A stretch of DNA of 64,000 bases from an uncultured Desulfarculus sp. (lineage in GTDB: Bacteria; Desulfobacterota; Desulfarculia; Desulfarculales; Desulfarculaceae): the NCBI GenBank assembly GCA_963665125.2, contig CAXXUK010000001.1:2016001-2080000 (forward strand). The letters run 5' to 3'. Position numbers and translations under genes: made by a program. Below are positions 10,301-19,306 of the stretch, one piece after another (the stretch's first letter is position 1; the number at the start of each line of letters is the position of its first letter). The notes under the pieces were generated by a model. It had not been told where the DNA came from and made no database searches. It saw only the letters and a program-made list of their open reading frames with translations.

Positions 10301-11956
10301 CGACCCTTCGGGCAGTTTGCCGAAGGTGACCCGGCTCATGGTCGAGTGGCCCAGGACGATCAGGTAGAGCTGATCCAGCAGGCCCTCTTCCAGGCCCATC
10401 AAGGCCAGCTTGCCCAGGTTTTCCAGCACCGGCGTGTGGTTGCCCAGGATGCCGCCGGTGTTGAGGCGCTGTTCCATACGGCGCAGCCGCGGGGCCATCT
10501 CCACCAGGCGCATGACATCCTTGAACTGCGTATGTTTGCCGATGTTCTCGAAGGGTTTGCGCAAGCGGCTCAGTTCCAGGCCGGGCAGGCCCTCCACGTC
10601 TCCCAGGCGCACATGGTCCAAAAAGTCCAGGACCTTATCGACATAGAAAAACGAGTCCTTGTAGTCGGCCAATAGTTCCCGGCGACAGCCGGCCAGATGC
10701 CGCCAAACGGCCTGGCTCTCCAGGCTTTCCAGGGTCAGGGGAGGTTGTCTGCGGCGGCCCTGCATGGCGATCAGGGTGTCGGGCAGATCGCCTTCAACCT
10801 CGTAATGGGATTCCCATTCGGATCTCTGGACATCGGGCAAGGTGGTGTTGAGGCGTTCGAGGTGGAAATATGTGCCGAACCAGCGTCGCCAACTGGCCAT
10901 GACCCGCTCCACCGATCCCCTGGGCAGGGGCAGGTCCTGGTATGGCATTTTGTCAATTTCAGGGACCTGTATGTCCTTGATGCTCTTGCCGCTGAGCAAA
11001 GATTCCATGGTCTCGTGATAAAGGCCCAAGCCGACGATAAAGGCCTCGAAATCGAATTTGTTTATGGACTGCGAAAGGCCGTCCACGCCGCTGTAATGCC
11101 TGCGTGTTCGGTAGACATGGCAGAACATCAAGAACCGCTTGAGGTCATCAATGTTTTTAAAGGTGACGTCAATGATTTCCCGCGTGCTCGACAGGGGGGC
11201 GTCACACAGACAAAGCACCTCTCCATCGGGCTCGAGCATTTCGCAAACCATGCCCGCGCAGAAATGGCCAAAGGCCTCCAGTTCCTCCCGGCCCTCCGGC
11301 CCGAAGCGGCCACGCCTGCTCATGTTTTCCAGGAATACTTCCCGGGGGTCGCCCAAGATCAACACAGCTCCGCAACGGCCCTTTTCCACTTTTATCTGAT
11401 CCAGATCCTGGGTCAGAACGAAGTCAATATAGGGCATGCGGGCCTGCAACTCGGGCATTAGCAGTTCGGCATCGTTTACGATGATCCCGGCCCGCAGGGT
11501 TTCGCGCAAAGACCGGGAAAGCAGATACTTAATAAAGTCTTCGACTTCATCGGTTATGGTCTGGATTTCCACCAAAAAATGGGCCACGAACTGCCGGGGA
11601 ATCAGATAATAAGGCAGGCCCTTGTCGGTGTAGCGAATCAGCAAACCCAGGCTTTTGAAGATGTCATTGAGGGGGCGGTAGTGCTCGGAGACATGACTGG
11701 GCTTGGTCATGTCCAGCGATTCGATAAGTTCCAGTTCATCGGGGCTGAGCAGGTTTTGCTCATAGATGCCCAGACCATAGGCATTACCGCCAAAGCGGTC
11801 TGGTAAAAACGGGGGGTGGTTTTCGGCCGCAATGGCGCCAATGGGCACATCTTCCGGATCAATCCCCCACTGGCGGTAATTGTCCGGCGAGATAAACCGG
11901 TAGAGGCCGGTGAACTTTTTTACTCCGGCCGGTAGGTTTTCGCCACCGTTCTGCAT
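7364..11956 (-). CDS. Very large hypothetical protein (1530 aa), largely helical
   Basis: Uninterrupted 4.6-kb ORF with host-like codon usage; a sigma70-like promoter lies just upstream. Confidence 0.85.
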   Translation of the reverse strand: MQNGGENLPAGVKKFTGLYRFISPDNYRQWGIDPEDVPIGAIAAENHPPFLPDRFGGNAYGLGIYEQNLLSPDELELIESLDMTKPSHVSEHYRPLNDIFKSLGLLIRYTDKGLPYYLIPRQFVAHFLVEIQTITDEVEDFIKYLLSRSLRETLRAGIIVNDAELLMPELQARMPYIDFVLTQDLDQIKVEKGRCGAVLILGDPREVFLENMSRRGRFGPEGREELEAFGHFCAGMVCEMLEPDGEVLCLCDAPLSSTREIIDVTFKNIDDLKRFLMFCHVYRTRRHYSGVDGLSQSINKFDFEAFIVGLGLYHETMESLLSGKSIKDIQVPEIDKMPYQDLPLPRGSVERVMASWRRWFGTYFHLERLNTTLPDVQRSEWESHYEVEGDLPDTLIAMQGRRRQPPLTLESLESQAVWRHLAGCRRELLADYKDSFFYVDKVLDFLDHVRLGDVEGLPGLELSRLRKPFENIGKHTQFKDVMRLVEMAPRLRRMEQRLNTGGILGNHTPVLENLGKLALMGLEEGLLDQLYLIVLGHSTMSRVTFGKLPEGSMRPLTDLSRYQNLDEAIDILRLYRLMSVAESVAANKNGLSNQQVAELFNLYDQAVRVVTNPELDWDMVLDTQITRAGGVQAKATRKMLKIFNLFEFLEDWPQLEKAGPRLKEVLADFNPEKLQQIDSAVQLLNRVALFVGKHYAADSTARPYFFRALLNSELHGTGRLLPRLGTAAGFTLLWICVGVSQRRLLNFNPLLKSSTAKALDERLDKIRQALLGLDIKDLSPEYLHRLVGEMAEKGEAYIGNSGLYLRLERNSGALMPLYVDVTEELEALEQMLKESAALPLNELPDQTLAELEARADATARFLDAQQHPTKSLTALGKRFEMAQRRLEDYCLEQLFDLEQFADNFTRLSNFCPKLVSRLLPTRGEDPMGAGRLRATQKLSAVYHRDLGGFQDMELSHELARQEYGPATAGVIGVSRTQFQAMAAAMKQIVEKRPDFSGLLMLSVLMFRQAQLGVQWYSRKLRDLAGRVGLNSQAFEDLLFLLDNLDVPRQTIMGEACISALDQVLKRDDPLLVEALFLLSVVRTASIREGLLTEDLMHSFNKLHDLVHNLGKKGVSAKQAHLDQIEDFTKQLVAFEYYREVQNQAVPTASLRQLLETSKVPEEGREKWIKRGRRLAGLDRLLKLRGLQLIDALDLQMLRHQVPVAYIYRLKGLRSLGPTHFERDLYEGLRLFRGLRSLPQQIGDILLGGIADPELPMRLVGFRWAAERLTYTNQIRLLLLGLAAGRRLQQASPGPVTVSFIPLARVMGRRFEMVNEVFSAMDPAAFEGPDIDLDSGLEQAGIIRLELDLMSRVANIHLSEAAGIERMVEALRLARDSETLKQMYHDELRTLRLTSHGNLDYAQRLEDAFEGALSRLGHDMLEKVREEMASETDLENLVRIYEKARERGLELPLSRDRQQSLRDLFEFNVERLRSSMLDEVASRLRDINSLDEFDKYWGEVKSQLKGRRRWLGKDFFVLIAHRFDLRARGLK

Positions 11957-11993
11957 GGCCTTCCTGACCCGTCTCCCTTGTAGATTGCTAGGG

Positions 11994-12022
11994 ATGTTAG
12001 ACCGCTTGGCAGTTCATGTCAA
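11994..12022 (-). promoter_or_regulatory. Putative sigma70 promoter for the 1530-aa gene
   Basis: Minus strand TTGACA-17bp-TAACAT. Confidence 0.6.
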
Positions 12023-12028
12023 TGCGCC

Positions 12029-12057
12029 TTGACGCTGGACCGGGCCGGAATTAAGCT
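12029..12057 (+). promoter_or_regulatory. Putative sigma70 promoter for the M20-sbcDC operon
   Basis: TTGACG-17bp-TAAGCT, back-to-back with the minus-strand promoter. Confidence 0.5.
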
Positions 12058-12099
12058 GAGCGGACATGTTTATGTAAATATACTGCTGGAGGCCCGACC

Positions 12100-13329
12100 A
12101 TGGATCAGGCGCAACAGATCATCGAAAAGGCGCAATCATTTAAAGCTCAGATTATCGAGGCCCAACGTGAATTGGTGGCCATTCCGGCCCTGGGGCCAGA
12201 CAACGGCGGAGACGGAGAAATGGCCAAGGCCCGGCTGGTCCAGTCCTGGCTGGAGGACCTGGGCCTGCAAATTCAACGGATCGACGCGCCCGATGACCGG
12301 GTGCCCGGCGGCCTGCGTCCCAACATCGCGGCGGTCCTGCCCGGCTCGGGCAACGGCCCCAGGGTCTGGGTGCTGAGCCACCTGGACGTGGTGCCGCCGG
12401 GAGAATTGAGCCTCTGGGGCGGCGATCCGTGGACCTTGCGGGTCGACGGCGACCGGCTCTACGGCCGGGGCGTCAATGACAACCATGCAGGGTTAGTGGC
12501 CTCGTATTTCGGCCTCAAGGCCATTGCTGAGCTTGGGATAACGCCGCCCGGCGACGTGGGCCTGTTGATGGTGGCCGACGAAGAAACCGGCTCGGCCTAT
12601 GGCCTGGACCATGTGGTGGACGCCCGTCCCGACCTGTTCAGCCCCGACGACATCATCGTGGTGCCCGACTCGGGCCGCGAAGACGGCAGCATGATCGAGG
12701 TGGCCGAAAAATCCATGCTCTGGCTCAAGGTGGTGGTCACCGGCAAACAGGTCCACGCCAGCGTGCCACAAAAAGGCAAGAACGCCCTGTACGCTGCGGC
12801 CCGGATGATGGTGGCCGTCCGTGAGGTCGCGGCCCGCTTCCCCGGCAATGACGAACTGTTCAGCCCGCCTTTTTCGACCATGGAACCAACCCGCAAGGAA
12901 GTCGGCGTGGAAAACATCAACACCGTGCCTGGCCGCGATGTGTTTTACGTCGACTGCCGGGTGCTGCCCCCGGTGCCCCTTGACGAGGTGATCGCCGCCT
13001 TTGGGGAGGTTTTCGGAGCAATCGCCAAAGAAGAAGGCGTCGGCGTGGAGATAAGCATCGTCCAAAAACTCCAGGCCCCGCCGGCCACCTCCGAGGATTC
13101 GCCGGTGGTCAAGGCCCTGCAAAAGTGCATCGGCAAGGTGTTGGGTGTGGAGGCCAAGCCCGCCGGCATAGGCGGCGGCACGGTTGCCGCGTTTTTCCGC
13201 AAAAAGGGCCTGCCCGCCGCTGTTTGGCAGACCGCCGAGGAAACGGCCCACATGCCCGACGAATGGACCAGCCTGAATGCCCTGGTCAAGGATTCGGCCA
13301 TCTTCGGCCTGCTCTACTCGGGGTTCTAA
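12100..13329 (+). CDS. M20 family metallohydrolase (DapE/ArgE-like)
   Basis: 'SHLDVVPPG', 'LYGRGVNDN', 'DEETGS', 'GKQVHAS', C-terminal 'AHMPDE'. Confidence 0.92.
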   Translation: MDQAQQIIEKAQSFKAQIIEAQRELVAIPALGPDNGGDGEMAKARLVQSWLEDLGLQIQRIDAPDDRVPGGLRPNIAAVLPGSGNGPRVWVLSHLDVVPPGELSLWGGDPWTLRVDGDRLYGRGVNDNHAGLVASYFGLKAIAELGITPPGDVGLLMVADEETGSAYGLDHVVDARPDLFSPDDIIVVPDSGREDGSMIEVAEKSMLWLKVVVTGKQVHASVPQKGKNALYAAARMMVAVREVAARFPGNDELFSPPFSTMEPTRKEVGVENINTVPGRDVFYVDCRVLPPVPLDEVIAAFGEVFGAIAKEEGVGVEISIVQKLQAPPATSEDSPVVKALQKCIGKVLGVEAKPAGIGGGTVAAFFRKKGLPAAVWQTAEETAHMPDEWTSLNALVKDSAIFGLLYSGF

Positions 13330-13338
13330 GCAGCCGAT

Positions 13339-14484
13339 ATGCGTATTCTGCACACAGCCGACTGGCATTTGGGCCGCATCCTGCACGGGATGCACCTGAC
13401 CGATGACCAAGCCCATGTGCTGGATCAGTTGTGCCGGGTGGCCGACGAGGAAAAGGCCGACGCGGTGCTCATCAGCGGCGATGTCTATGACCGGGCCGTA
13501 CCGCCTCCCGAAGCCGTGGAGCTTCTGGACGACGTGTTGGCCCGTCTGGTGCTGGACCTGGGCCTGGCGGTGATCATCATCGCGGGCAACCACGACAGCC
13601 CCCGCCGCCTGGGCTTCGGCTCGCGCCTGCTGGCCCATGGCGGCCTGCACGTGGTGGGGCCCTGCGAGGCCGAACCCCGGCCCATCGTTCTGCGCGACGA
13701 GCACGGGCCGGTGCATTTCCACGCCCTGGCCTATGCCGAACCGGCCGAGGTCCGCTCCGCCCTTGCCGACGAATCAATCAAAGACCATGACACGGCCATG
13801 GCCGCCCGGCTGGCAAATATCGACCTGGCCCCGCGCCCGGCCCGGAACGTGCTGTTGGCCCATGTCTTTGCCGCCGGGGGCGCGGAATCGGAATCCGAGC
13901 GCCCACTGAGCGTGGGCGGCAGCGGGACCGTGAGCCCGGCCAGGTTCAACGTTTTCGACTACGTGGCCCTGGGCCATCTGCACCGGCCCCAGACCGCCGG
14001 GTCCGAGGCCGTGCGCTATGCGGGCAGCCTGCTAAAGTATTCCTTTTCCGAGGCCGGTCACACCAAGGACGTAAGCATCGTTGACCTGGACGAAACCGGC
14101 CTGGCCGGGGTGCGGCATATCGCGCTCGCGCCCCGCCGGGACCTGCGGATCATCCGGGGAGAAATGGCCGCCCTGTTGGCCGCCGCGCCAGGCGATCCGG
14201 GCCGCGAGGACTACCTGGAAATCCATCTGGAGGACAAGCAGCCCATTGTCGACGCCATGGGCCGCCTGCGCCAGGCCTATCCCAATGCCCTGCACCTGCG
14301 GCGGGTGGCCCTGGAGGCCCAGGCGAGCCAGTTCAAGCCCGACGCCCGTCCCATGGACGAAGCCGAGATATTCGCGGCCTTTTTCGAGCAGGCCACCGGC
14401 GAGGCGGCCAACGGCGAACAGTTAAAGGTTTTTCGGGATGTTTTACAGAGCGTGCGCGACGCCCGCCGGGAGGCCGCCCGATGA
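13339..14484 (+). CDS. sbcD: Exonuclease SbcCD subunit D
   Basis: 'LHTADWHLG', 'SGDVYD', 'AGNHDS', 'YVALGHLH.PQ', 'YAGSLLKYSFSE'. Confidence 0.96.
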   Translation: MRILHTADWHLGRILHGMHLTDDQAHVLDQLCRVADEEKADAVLISGDVYDRAVPPPEAVELLDDVLARLVLDLGLAVIIIAGNHDSPRRLGFGSRLLAHGGLHVVGPCEAEPRPIVLRDEHGPVHFHALAYAEPAEVRSALADESIKDHDTAMAARLANIDLAPRPARNVLLAHVFAAGGAESESERPLSVGGSGTVSPARFNVFDYVALGHLHRPQTAGSEAVRYAGSLLKYSFSEAGHTKDVSIVDLDETGLAGVRHIALAPRRDLRIIRGEMAALLAAAPGDPGREDYLEIHLEDKQPIVDAMGRLRQAYPNALHLRRVALEAQASQFKPDARPMDEAEIFAAFFEQATGEAANGEQLKVFRDVLQSVRDARREAAR

Positions 14485-17400
14485 AGCCACTGCGCCTGAT
14501 CATGGAAGGCTTCGGCCCCTATGCCCGCAGCCAGGAAATCGACTTCACCCGGCTGGAGCAGCGGCCCCTGTTCCTCATCCACGGCCCCACAGGCTCGGGC
14601 AAGACCACCATCCTCGACGCCCTGAGCTTTGCCCTGTTCGGAGCCTCCAGCGGCGGCGAACGCCAGGCCAAGGGCCTGCGTTGCGACTTCGCGCCGGATA
14701 GCCAGCGCACGGCCGTAACCCTGGACTTCGCCTTGAAAGGTAATAATTACCGCATCTTCCGCTCACCGGAACAGATACAGCCAAAGAAGCGCGGAAACGG
14801 CGTAACGTTACGACATCATGAGGCCACAATGTGGCGGCTGGACCACCCCGGCCAGATAAATCCGGCCAAGGTGTTGGCAACGGGCTTCACGGACGTCACC
14901 AACCACTGCCAGGAGCTGTTGGGCTTCAACCAGGACCAGTTCCGCCAGGTGGTTGTCCTGCCCCAGGGCCGCTTCCGCCGCCTGCTCATCGCCGACTCCA
15001 AAGAGCGCGAAGACATCCTGGCGGTTCTTTTTGAAACCGACGTCTACCGTCTGATCACCGACGAATTGAAAAAGCGGGCCGCCGGTTTTGACGAACAAAT
15101 CAGGCTGGAGCAACAGCGCTCCCGGACCATTCTTGAGCAGGCCGGGGTCGAAGACGCCCAGGCCTTGGCAAGCCTACGCATTGCGGCGGACCGAGACCTG
15201 CAAAGCGGCCGGACCAGGCTCAAGGATTACCAGGCTTCGGAGGCCAAGGCCAGACAGGCCCTGGAGACAGGCAAGGCCGCCGATGCCCGATTAAAGGAGC
15301 AACAAGACGCGGCCAAGGCCCTGGCCGAGCTCGAAGCCCAGGCCGAAACCGTGGAGCAGCAGCGCCAGCGTCTGGCCAGGGCAACCAAAGCCGCCGGGCT
15401 GCAAGACGCCCTTGAGTTGGCCGCCAATACGGCCGACCAGGCCCAAGAGGCCCGTCAACAGGCCCAAGCCAGACAAAACGAAGCGGACAAGGCCAAGCTG
15501 ACCCTGCAAAAGGCCGACCAGACCCTGGCCGCCCGGCAAGCCGAGGAGCCCCGGCGCAACCATGTGCGGTCCGAGTTGGAAAGGCTGGCCGCCCTGGATC
15601 AAGACGCCGTGGCCCTGGCCCAGGCCCAGCAAAAGCTCGGCGAATTGCAGCGGGCCGTCTCGGAAGCCGACAAAACGGCCCAGGCCAAGGCAGCCGGGCT
15701 TGAGGCCTTGCAAAGGCAACAAGAGACCCTGGCCGCCAAGCTGGAGCAAACCCGCAATCTGGCGTCTTTGGTGGACGGCCGCCGGGCCCTGGCAGAACAG
15801 GCCGCCCGCCAGGCCGAAGACGCGGCAAACCTGGCCCACCTACTTGTTGAACAACGGCAAGCCGTCAATAATCTGGTTAGGGCTGAAGTAGCCCTCACAC
15901 AGGCCGAACAGGACGCCGCGCAGGCCAAGGTCATTGCCCAGGCCCTGGATGTGGCGTGGCGGACCGGCCAGGCCTCGGTGTTGGCCGCCGATCTGGAGCC
16001 CGGAGCACCCTGCCCTGTCTGCGGCTCGCTTGACCACCCGGCCCCGGCAACCAGCACAGGCGACATACCCACCACCGAACAGGTGGACCAGGCCAAGACG
16101 GCCGCTGAAACCGCCGTCCTCCAGGCCGAACAAGCGCGCAAGGCCCATGATGAAGTGCGGCACAGGACCGAAGCCCTTGCCGAAAAGCTGGCCAGCCTGA
16201 AAAAGAGCCTGGGCCTAAGCGCTGAAACTCCTTTGGAGAAATTGCAAAAAGCAGCCATCGAGGCGGCGGCCGGGCTGGACCAGGCCCGAAACGCCGCCCA
16301 AGGCTTGGCCGATTTAGAGCAGGGCAACGCCGCCCTGCAAGGCCAGCTGGACCAGGCCAAGGCCCAGGCGGATGAATCGGCAAAGCGGGCCGAGCAGACC
16401 AAGGCCGATTTGGCGGCCCAGCAGGCCGTGACCAACGAACGCCTGGCCCGGCTGCCGGAAAACCTGCGCGCTCACGGTGCCTTGCAAAAGGCCCGCGAGG
16501 TTGCCCGTATGGAGCTTGCGGCCATGGAGCAGGCCCTGGAACAGGCCCGACAGGCCCAGACCAAATCCGCCGTCGCCCTGGCCGCCGCCGAAGCCGCTCT
16601 CAAGGCCGCCGGGCAAGCCGCCGCACAGGCCGGTGACGCCGCCGCCAAGGCCAAGCAGGCCCTGGGCATACGCCTGAGTCAGGCCGGTTTCAAAGATGAA
16701 CAGGATCTGCTCCTGGCCAGGCTGGATGAGCAGGCCACGGCCGGGCTGGAACGGCATATCAAGCGATACGAGGCGGATGTGGAGGCGGCCCGCCAGCGTA
16801 AAACCAGAGCCGACCAGGCCGCAGCCAAAGATTTGCCGCCCGATCTGGAGGCCCTGGAGCGGGCGGCAAACCAGGCCGAAGCCCTGGCCAACGAGGCGGC
16901 GGCGGACACAGGCCGCCTGGCCCAGCGCCTGGCCCAGATCGAGGCCTGGCTGGCCGGTCTGCAAAAAAGCGCCGCGAACCTGGCCGAACTGGACCGGCGC
17001 TTTGGCGTGGCCGGGTCATTGGCCGAGGCGGCCTCCGGCAAGAACAACCTGGGCATGAGCCTGCAACGCTTTGTCCTGGCCGCGCTTTTGGATGAAGTGC
17101 TGGATGCGGCCAGCCGCCGCCTGAGCCTGATGAGCCGGGGCCGCTATTATCTGCGCAGGGCCCAAGACCGCACGGACCGCCGCAGGGTAGCTGGCCTGGA
17201 TCTATTGGTCTATGACGATCACCACGGCACCGAGCGGCCCGTGCACACTCTATCGGGCGGCGAAAGCTTCCTTGCCTCGCTGGCCCTGGCCCTGGGTCTG
17301 GCCGAGGTGGTCCAGGCACGGGCTGGCGGCATCCAGCTCGACACCATCTTCATTGACGAAGGCTTTGGCTCCCTGGACGCCGAGGCCCTGGATCTGGCCA

Positions 17401-17540
17401 TGCAGGCATTGGCCGATCTCATCGACAGCGGCCGCATGGTCGGGGTGATCAGCCATGTCGAGGAGCTAAAGGAACGCATGGACGCCCGGCTGGAGATCAT
17501 TCCCGGCAGGGACGGCAGCAGCGCCAGATTGGTTATTTAG
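14481..17540 (+). CDS. sbcC: Exonuclease SbcCD subunit C (SMC/Rad50-like ATPase)
   Basis: Walker A 'GPTGSGKT', coiled coil, zinc hook 'CPVCGS', signature 'LSGGE', Walker B 'FIDEGFGSLD'. Confidence 0.96.
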   Translation: MKPLRLIMEGFGPYARSQEIDFTRLEQRPLFLIHGPTGSGKTTILDALSFALFGASSGGERQAKGLRCDFAPDSQRTAVTLDFALKGNNYRIFRSPEQIQPKKRGNGVTLRHHEATMWRLDHPGQINPAKVLATGFTDVTNHCQELLGFNQDQFRQVVVLPQGRFRRLLIADSKEREDILAVLFETDVYRLITDELKKRAAGFDEQIRLEQQRSRTILEQAGVEDAQALASLRIAADRDLQSGRTRLKDYQASEAKARQALETGKAADARLKEQQDAAKALAELEAQAETVEQQRQRLARATKAAGLQDALELAANTADQAQEARQQAQARQNEADKAKLTLQKADQTLAARQAEEPRRNHVRSELERLAALDQDAVALAQAQQKLGELQRAVSEADKTAQAKAAGLEALQRQQETLAAKLEQTRNLASLVDGRRALAEQAARQAEDAANLAHLLVEQRQAVNNLVRAEVALTQAEQDAAQAKVIAQALDVAWRTGQASVLAADLEPGAPCPVCGSLDHPAPATSTGDIPTTEQVDQAKTAAETAVLQAEQARKAHDEVRHRTEALAEKLASLKKSLGLSAETPLEKLQKAAIEAAAGLDQARNAAQGLADLEQGNAALQGQLDQAKAQADESAKRAEQTKADLAAQQAVTNERLARLPENLRAHGALQKAREVARMELAAMEQALEQARQAQTKSAVALAAAEAALKAAGQAAAQAGDAAAKAKQALGIRLSQAGFKDEQDLLLARLDEQATAGLERHIKRYEADVEAARQRKTRADQAAAKDLPPDLEALERAANQAEALANEAAADTGRLAQRLAQIEAWLAGLQKSAANLAELDRRFGVAGSLAEAASGKNNLGMSLQRFVLAALLDEVLDAASRRLSLMSRGRYYLRRAQDRTDRRRVAGLDLLVYDDHHGTERPVHTLSGGESFLASLALALGLAEVVQARAGGIQLDTIFIDEGFGSLDAEALDLAMQALADLIDSGRMVGVISHVEELKERMDARLEIIPGRDGSSARLVI

Positions 17541-17551
17541 CAGGAGTTTAT

Positions 17552-18586
17552 ATGCAGTCAAAACGATCAACCGCCCTCAACACCTTGTTAAAACTGACCG
17601 TTATTATTGTAGTGACCGTGACGACACTGGCGCTGATTGAGTTTGGCTCGTATGTGCTCTACACGTCCGCAACAGACGAGCAGACGCAAAAGGCGGTGGA
17701 AATAGCCATTGACCCATCTGAGCTGTTTAATAAGTCCAAGTTCCTGCCCAGCACCCTGTGGCACCATCGGCTCAACCCGAACAGGGTGAATAAAAATGGG
17801 ACCATTGGCCCGGATTTTCAGGCGGCCAAGCCGGCAAATATCTATCGCATCATTTGCCTGGGCGATTCCACATCCGAGTGGCCCAAGCACCACCCGCAAT
17901 TTTTACAGGAAAAGCTAATCGGCAAGTCTCATGAACAGAAGACTATCGAGGTGCTCAACGCCGGAATCGGCGGCCATGTTTCAGCGTTTACCCTACAATA
18001 CTTCGCCCTGCGGCTGGTGCACTTCAAGCCTGATCTGGTTATTTTGAAAGTCGGCTATAATGACTACCTGCCTTTCGGCCACCCCGAGTTGGGCTATGAT
18101 TATTCAGTGGCGTTTCCCAAGCCGTTTACGCTCCACGCCGCGGACCGTCAATTCTGGTCCTTGGCGAGTCACAGCTATTTCCTGAAGCTGGCGGGCAGCA
18201 GGCTTTTGGATCTGCCCGGGCGCAGGCTGCGGGCCGACATGTGGCGCAAGGGTGAAGGCGATTTTATGGCCAACGCGGACAAGATGTTTTTATATTTGGA
18301 GAATATCAAGTCAATTATCTATATGTGCAAGGCTAGGGGCATTGACATCATTGTGCTTGATCTGCCAATAGCCCCGATGTCAGTCAAAGGCCTGCCCACA
18401 CAATACAGGGATTTCATTAAATATATGGACGCCCAGCTAAAGCAGGCCGTAATCAGCACCGGTACGCCCTTTATCGAGACAAAACCATACCTCACAGCGG
18501 ATGATTTTACGGATCATTGCCATTTGAAGCCGTCTGGCGGCGAAAAAATCGCGGACTTGATTATCAGTGAACTTGGCGAGGATTAG
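17552..18586 (+). CDS. SGNH/GDSL hydrolase family protein, N-terminal membrane anchor
   Basis: 'ICLGDSTS', 'VLNAGIGG', 'GYND', C-terminal 'DHCH' (DxxH); visibly lower GC than the flanks. Confidence 0.85.
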   Translation: MQSKRSTALNTLLKLTVIIVVTVTTLALIEFGSYVLYTSATDEQTQKAVEIAIDPSELFNKSKFLPSTLWHHRLNPNRVNKNGTIGPDFQAAKPANIYRIICLGDSTSEWPKHHPQFLQEKLIGKSHEQKTIEVLNAGIGGHVSAFTLQYFALRLVHFKPDLVILKVGYNDYLPFGHPELGYDYSVAFPKPFTLHAADRQFWSLASHSYFLKLAGSRLLDLPGRRLRADMWRKGEGDFMANADKMFLYLENIKSIIYMCKARGIDIIVLDLPIAPMSVKGLPTQYRDFIKYMDAQLKQAVISTGTPFIETKPYLTADDFTDHCHLKPSGGEKIADLIISELGED

Positions 18587-18632
18587 AGTCTCAAACCATA
18601 TACGCTGATGCATTTGAGCCAAACCACCTCAA

Positions 18633-18750
18633 GACGCCGAGTCCCTGGATTTGGCCATACAGGCCTTGGCCGATCTCATCGACGGCGGCCGCATGGTCGG
18701 GGTGATCAGCCACGTCGAGGAGTTGAAGGAGCGCATGGGCACCTGGCTGG
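18633..18750 (+). pseudogene. 118-bp degenerate duplicate of the sbcC 3' region (17376-17493)
   Basis: Manual ungapped alignment gives 12 mismatches in 118 bp (~90% identity); encodes DAESLDLAIQALADLIDGGRMVGVISHVEELKERMG. Confidence 0.9.
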
Positions 18751-18795
18751 TTGTCTAAAAATGTCGCACCAGCTAAGATGCAGGGGAGAATTGCC

Positions 18796-19305
18796 ATGAG
18801 AAAATGCGTTGCCGGTATCATCGGCCTGGCGTTGGTTTTCGGGGTGCTGGCCGCCGGTCCGGCCATTGCCGAGGAGCCGGCTGTCAAGATCGAGCATACC
18901 ATCACCTATGAGGCCAAAGGCACCCGCTCCGAGGCTCAGCAAGGCCAGCTCAGCCTCAACGGCGCCAACGTGCCAAACACCTTTGAGATGGTGTTGATCG
19001 GCGACAAGGTTTTTTGCTTCCAGCAGAGAGCCCATTACTGGGGTTCGTACGGCTACTGGCCTTGCGATCCGGCCATACCGCCGATGCCCATCGAGAACAA
19101 GCTGACTCCGGCCGAGCTTGAGCAGGGATGGCGCGTGGGCCAAAGCATGCCTGAGGAAATGCCCCAGGGCTGGGTCCATGTGCAGTGGCATGACGGTTCA
19201 GCCTGGGCCGCCGCCAATGCCCTGGGTAAAATGGCCGACGCCCTCAAGCTGCCCGAATTGAAACGGATGCCAATGGAAATGGAGCCGTTGATCAAAAAGC
19301 AATAG
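18796..19305 (+). CDS. Hypothetical exported protein
   Basis: ggggaga RBS, signal peptide MRKCVAGIIGLALVFGVLAAGPAIA|EE. Confidence 0.7.
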   Translation: MRKCVAGIIGLALVFGVLAAGPAIAEEPAVKIEHTITYEAKGTRSEAQQGQLSLNGANVPNTFEMVLIGDKVFCFQQRAHYWGSYGYWPCDPAIPPMPIENKLTPAELEQGWRVGQSMPEEMPQGWVHVQWHDGSAWAAANALGKMADALKLPELKRMPMEMEPLIKKQ

Positions 19306-19306
19306 C

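Noticed and set aside
15100..17000. Repetitive gcc/cag-rich DNA suggesting a tandem repeat or array
   Set aside because: It is the Ala/Gln-rich coiled coil of SbcC; there is no fixed repeat unit or spacers
18588..18632. Short inverted repeat (ctcaaa...tttgag) after the SGNH gene as an integron attC or IS end
   Set aside because: Only 6-bp arms, no RYYYAAC/GTTRRRY pair, and no integrase or transposase nearby
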